Below, in pieces: positions 58,501 to 64,000 of a stretch of DNA of 64,000 nt. The notes under the pieces are model-generated. The model was not told the origin of the DNA. It saw only the letters and a program-made list of their open reading frames with translations, and made no database searches. Source of the DNA: Massalongia carnosa (lineage: Eukaryota); assembly GCA_965645245.1 (NCBI GenBank), contig OZ287074.1, positions 124,001-188,000 on the forward strand, read 5' to 3'. Each line of letters opens with the position of its first letter. The stretch's first letter is position 1. The position numbers and the translations under genes were made by a program.

Positions 58501-61483
58501 TGGATCGATACCTATCTCGGCCCCCCCGACCTCATCTCGGCCGATGCAGGCAAACAGTTCATGGCCAGGGAATTCCGACAATATGCTGCAAACATGGGAA
58601 TCATTGTCAAAAACGTCCCCGTCGAAGCGCATCACTCCATCGGTCTAGTTGAACGCTATCATGGACCACTTCGTCGAGCATATAGCATCATAACTGCCGA
58701 AATTCCCGGAATCGAGCCCGAGTTGGCCCTACAAATGGCATTCAAGGCACTCAACGACTCGGTAGGACCGAATGGTCTAGTTCCGACGTTGCTTGTGTTC
58801 GGTGCCTACCCGAGAATGACTGAAATGGATGCTCCCTCGCCTACAATCACCCAACGCACGATAGCCATGAGAAAGGCTATGGAGGAGGTACGCAAGCTGC
58901 ATGCATCTCGTCAGGTTAATGATGCATTGAACACTCGAAACGGCCCGTCCACCACCTTGATTCACGACTTGCCCATCAATTCGCCGGTGCTAGTATTCCA
59001 AGAAGGCAATATAGGTCGATCAGGGACGTGGAAGGGACCATACAAACTTCTCAGCCTACAAGGCGAGTCGGCTATCATCGAGCTGTCGAGCGGACCCACC
59101 AAATTCCGTTCCACCTCGTTGAAACCGTACTACGACCTTGCTGCTGATGGCATGAAGGATACAAATAAAGATGAAAAAGATGACGAAAGCGCAGGAGACG
59201 CCGACGTTGGTGCAGGACGTATAGATGATGGTACAGGAGATGCCTCATCTATTAACCCTCGAACCTCGGGACATGTTCCCTCGATCGATGCAGGAGATGA
59301 GGATACGGGTGCAGGAGACACCCCTCCTACGAATCCCCTCGTCTCGGGAATCATTGCCCCGACTGCCTCATCTTCATCAGCACCATCAGCACCAGTCAAA
59401 CGTGGCCGTGGAAGACCCAGAAAGCATCCCGAACATGTCAATTTCACTACGCCTTCCAACATCTGCTTCGTCATCGATACTCCTGAAGATAATGATGACG
59501 ACATCTCGAAATCACCCCAATTCACCTCATCGAGGCAAAAGGAAGTCGCCGGACTTCTAGAAAAAGGTGTATTCAAACTCGTAAATTCTGAAGACTTTCC
59601 AGATGACGCACGCGTTTTCAACTCAAGGTTTGTTGACGAAATAAAGAATCCTGGCACCGATAAGGCTTTCGAGAAATCACGTCTGGTCGTACAGGCCTAC
59701 AAAGACCTCAATAAAGACCTCGTTCTGACACAGTCACCGACAATTCAACGAGTCAGCCAATGTCTTCATCTGCCTCGCAGCAACATTTCAAAACGAGTCA
59801 ACAAAGCTATACCTTCGCGACGTCACTCAGGCATACGTTCAATCAAAGTCCGAGTTGAATCGTGAGTTTTACATCCGCCCGCCTCATGAACTCACCGCGA
59901 TGATGGGAGCTCCATCCAACTGCATCCTGAAAGTCATAAAACCTCTCTATGGCGTCCCGGAAGCAGGCAATCATTGGTTCGCCACGTATCATGCCCATCA
60001 TACTAGAAAACTCGGCATGACCGAGTCAACCTACGATCCATGCCTACTCTACAAATCCGAGCCTTTTGGCATCGTTGGCCTACAAACTGACGACACCCTT
60101 ATGCTAGCAAGCGACACCTTTTCGGCCGAAGAAGAAGATGCTATCAAGAAGGCTAAGATCATGACTAAAGAGCGCACTCATCTCATCCTCGAAACCCCAA
60201 TCAAGTTCAATGGCACCATGATCCGACTCGCCCCGAGCAGAGACATCATGTTGAGCCAGGAAACTCGTGTTGGAGGCATCTCGCTGGTTAAGAATCATGA
60301 CGCCTCGACAACTAGCTCGCGAGGCATCGTTCGAGAAAAGCTGTCTTCGAGAGAGCAATATGTGGCCCAACGAGCTAGAGGTGCATACACAGCTTCCATC
60401 TGTCAGCCCGAGGCCTCTTTCGATCTATCTTATGCCGCTCAGTCAACAAAGTTCTCCTCAGATGATATCAATGCCCTAAACAAGCTTAAGTGGCAAATAG
60501 ACAATCAATCCCGAGGGCTGAAATACGTCAAACTCGATCGAAACAGCCTTCAGTTGGTCGTTTTCACCGATTCATCCTTTGCCTACAACCGAGACCTCTC
60601 ATCACAAATCGGTTATGTCATATGCCTTGCTGACTCGACTGACAAAGCCAACGTCATTCATTGGTCATCAATTAAGTGTAAAAGGGTGACGCGGAGTGTC
60701 TTGGCCGCCGAGCTATATGGCATGGCACATGGGTTCGATATCGGGGCCGTCATAAAGGCAACCCTTAGCAAACTTCTCGGAACCGACATTCCACTGATTC
60801 TCTGCACGGATTCAAAATCGCTATATGACTGCTTAGTAAAACTCGGGACGACCCAAGAGAAACGCTTAATGATTGATGTCATGAGTCTCCGTCAGTCATA
60901 CGAGAGCCGTGAGGTGACCGAGGTGAAATGGATTCATGGCCACAACAACCCCGCCGACTCCATGACCAAGACAAAGGCATCCTCGGCCCTCAAAACGGTG
61001 ATTGATACTAATCGCATCAACCTAGATACGACCGAGTGGGTAGAACGAGCATCAGGCTATAGGGCGGCGATAAAATAGCAGGGTAATGATGTTCAATGAA
61101 CCTGAGGCCGCGCTATGTCAGTTGCGAGTTGGGTTGAGTGAGACGCTATATGAGGCCTCACACAGGCAAGCAAAGCCGGGCGTAGGGGGACAGCAGGCAT
61201 AGATGCAACCCGGCATCGAGGCATAGAGGGGGTTTATTTCGTTTTTCTAAGTGGTTCCAGTGTTAGTAGCACTAGTAGATAGAACGGGCTGTGGGCACGA
61301 CTAGAGGCTATTAAGGCCCGCGTCACTGTTAGGCACGGGACACCTAGCCAGCCACGTGACCCCGAAAAGGGGCACACGCCTATATAGCCCATGCTCGCTA
61401 CTAGCTAATAGAACAACTTTACCATCCAACTCAAGCACTGACGTAGTCATACGTCTGGTGCCACGAGTTGGGGTAAACCCACA
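55591..61483 (+). mobile_element. Ty1/Copia LTR retrotransposon (5893 bp)
   Basis: 223-bp LTRs 55591-55813 and 61261-61483 (3 mismatches seen), TSD ATATG, PR-IN-RT-RH domain order. Confidence 0.95.
55884..61078 (+). pseudogene. Copia gag-pol polyprotein with two frameshifts (about 56715 and 59765)
   Basis: CFVCDEEGCWSTNH, LIDSGA, LHRRFGH...CHHC, ISADAG, GLVERYH, AT-hook [39 protein letters not shown]. Confidence 0.88.
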
Positions 61484-61526
61484 ATATGGTAGCAGGCTAT
61501 AAGTTCACCGTGAGACATCAGAGATA

Positions 61527-61547
61527 ATCGTCGGCTCGTTTAGCTCC
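61527..61547 (+). repeat. Isolated pogo-family TIR fragment
   Basis: TA|ATCGTCGGCTCGTTTAGCTCC matches the TIR at 12203 with one mismatch. Confidence 0.55.
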
Positions 61548-61859
61548 TTACGTTCTGACACCTCCGGTGAAGCCTAAAGGCGCGATTCGGGGCATCTGCG
61601 CTGCGCTGACTCGCGGATCGAGTGCGGTCAGAGCGTATTGCGGCTCGTATGTTTGCCGCGTGTTCCCACCCTTGACAGGGAGATAGGCCAAACGCGCCGG
61701 GGATCTGGTGGTTGGGGAGATCGAATCAGGGCGGCGGTGGGGGCGCGCGTTGAGCATATTTCCCGCCTTTATTAACCTTTTCCGGTTTACTCGGCGCTAA
61801 CTTATTTAGCCTACAAGTCTAACTTTTTATAGTTAGACTTTACTTACTAAGTTCGCTGT

Positions 61860-63540
61860 GCCAGCACGTCTGAGGGCAAAACTCAATAAAACAGGCAGGT
61901 TTGCCTTATAAATGAGAAAAGGTTAAAATACCAAGCCGCCTTACCCGATTAAGCGTAAAATATCAACTCGATTGTGTTATACCATCCCATCGTTTTCTCA
62001 GTGTGTTATTTATGTGTTTTCCAACTACACGACAGACTAGGCGCGCTGTAGAACGCCATCAAGGAACAATGAGCGCGCTTTTTAACCTCGATGCAAGTTA
62101 GACAAAAGGCCCGGATCTCAGTCTACATTGGACATCTAGTTGAGTCACGAAAATAGTAAGAGAATGACAGCTGCAAGCGGTCATTGATTCATAATTAACT
62201 TGTCATCTCTATAGCTAGACTATATACGGCAAAGCTAGGATCGAGCGGCAATCATCCTTCATGAACAGGGTTGGACCTGGGTCGCGGAGGCCCTTCGAGC
62301 GGAGCTCAATGCACTGGTTGCAACGGCCGCATTTGGGGTTTTCCACCCACCGTCGGAGATTGACGAGCTGGGCACCTTAAATAGCTTCAAGGGTGCCGCA
62401 TCGGTCATCATAAGTAAGGCCCACGATGGCTAGATCCTATTCAGCGCGTCTGTTGTGATGCCCACCAAGACGAGTCCACTCATCCTCAGCGCGCTATTCC
62501 GGTCGGGCGGCAGTTAACGATATTGTCCCTCTTTTGTTACATGTTGCGCCCGAATACGTCAACAAATTTTCAGAGCGTCATGGGCCTTTATATCTATCAG
62601 AGTGGCGCCAGGCGTAGAGTTCTGGATACTTTCTGTCAACTTGGCTTGACAATGTCGTATTCCACTCTTCAACGGCGCATGTCAAGCTTAAGTGACGAAG
62701 CGAGGCGAAAAATAAGGACGATAGGACGACCTTCAACTACTGTTGTAACCTATGATAAATTTGTTTTTGCAGAAGGCCGAAGAGGCGAGAGAATTGGTGA
62801 CGTAAGAGAGTTTCGATCAATTACGACCGCTTTGATATTTGAAGGACAGGGCCTTGGGGTAACGGTCTTGAGACAAAATATGTGGCAACCTGAGAATTAT
62901 CCTTTGTCCGCCATATGACTCGCACTAAGATTGAAACCAGATGACATAGACGCACAGGTAAGCATCGACCACTTTTCCAAGCGGCTTACTTGAAACTGAT
63001 GAAATGTGGACGAAGATTCAAATTCATCATATCGAGTCGGCAATCCAAGCCCTTTACAATGCTAAATTCAGCGACTTCAACTTTCCTCGGGTTACATCCA
63101 TGCCTATATTGAAAAGACTGAATCGCCTTCGAACGAAGTATCATCCATTGAAGCCGGTTATGAAAGACGAAAGCACAACTGTTGAAGATCAAGCATTTGA
63201 GCTTGTGATTTCAACAAAGAACTGACTTGAATGTAAATCTCTAGTCAATCAAGAGGTGTTTTGATAAGTCGAGTTTCATCATGAAACCCACATGGACTTC
63301 TGACGCATTTTAAGGTTTCTTCATCTAACGTTGCAGAAACTCCCAAAAAGGGTATTCCATCTGGCAATCATGTTCGAAGCACCCCAAGATTGAAGTAATC
63401 AGGTCGAAAATCACGCCATTCCGATACCAGATGCAGCCCGTCGATAGCCAACAGACAAAGATTTGAGAAATAAGATGAATGACAGCGAACCATTTCGTTA
63501 AACAATTTCGACGTTGCTATTTCTGGAATCGTGAATACTG
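61860..63540. mobile_element. Second, internally deleted AcademH-like copy: transposase fragments (plus, about 62260-63190) and helicase fragment (minus, about 63225-63540)
   Basis: Inner TIR motif GCACGTCTGAGGGCAAAACTCAA; GWTWVAEALR, MGLYIYQSGARRRVLDT, TYDKFVF, PVMKDESTT; on the minus strand LCLLAIDGLHLVSEWRDFRPDYFNLG...PDGIPFLGVSATL. Confidence 0.8.
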
Positions 63541-64000
63541 TGTCAGGGTCCTAGCCTGACATAAGGCTGAGATGGAAGGGGGGAGCACGCGAGCACGCGA
63601 GGCTAGCGCGACACTCGGTGCAGATATTTCTAGCGAGTCGCGCACAATGTTTCTTTTCTTCTTTTGTAGATAAATTTTAGTTTAATAGCGGTTGATTAGA
63701 ATCGACGACAGCTTCCTTACACAATTTATCTACCTATTAGTATTCTTTCTTCCAGAACTTCCAGTAGGGACGAGGTCCCGTTCCAGCAACTTTCTTCCAG
63801 ATAGGGTGAAAACCCGTTCCAGTAACTTTCCAGACTGATCGTTTGTGCGAATCCAAACCGATCCAAATTCCAGAACTTCCAGAACTTTTAGAATCAGGGA
63901 ATCAAGCTATCCCATTTTCAGAATCCAGTCATGAGCTCAAAAACGCCCATGACGGCGAGAAAGGCCGTAGCCCCTCCCGCAGAGGCCCAGACCGGCCCAG
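63541..64000 (+). mobile_element. Probable start of another LTR element, truncated by the window edge
   Basis: TGTCA start cuts the helicase fragment abruptly; TTCCAG-rich repeats; possible ATG at 63931. Confidence 0.4.

Overview
Eukaryotic fungal DNA, probably a filamentous ascomycete (short GT-AG introns with CTRAC/CTAAT branch sites, fungal TE families). The window is a deeply nested transposable-element island with only two host-type genes. The first is a 7-exon fungal NLR (SesB-like lipase + NB-ARC + 17 near-identical 126-bp TPR units, 2181-7246). The second is a 2-exon gene with a CorA-like transmembrane region (43999-45944, minus). Elements resolved by termini/TSDs or proteins: two hAT, two pogo/Fot1-like, an intact chromodomain Ty3/Gypsy with apparently identical 1029-bp LTRs, a 5'-truncated Tad1-like LINE, a MULE, a Crypton tyrosine-recombinase gene, an intact Ngaro-type YR retrotransposon, a Ty1/Copia element, a pol-less LTR remnant and many solo LTRs. 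Highlights: (1) an AcademH-like family (RecQ-like helicase convergent with a DUF6589-like transposase) seen as two decayed copies plus a MITE with an 8-bp TSD; (2) a 1-kb inversion between two inverted solo LTRs, shown by swapped TSDs and a split transposase; (3) combinatorial shuffling in the NLR TPR array; (4) an LTR junction that creates the putative ATG of a host gene. Coordinates were read by eye and may be off by a few bases. Family calls come from motif recognition, not database searches.
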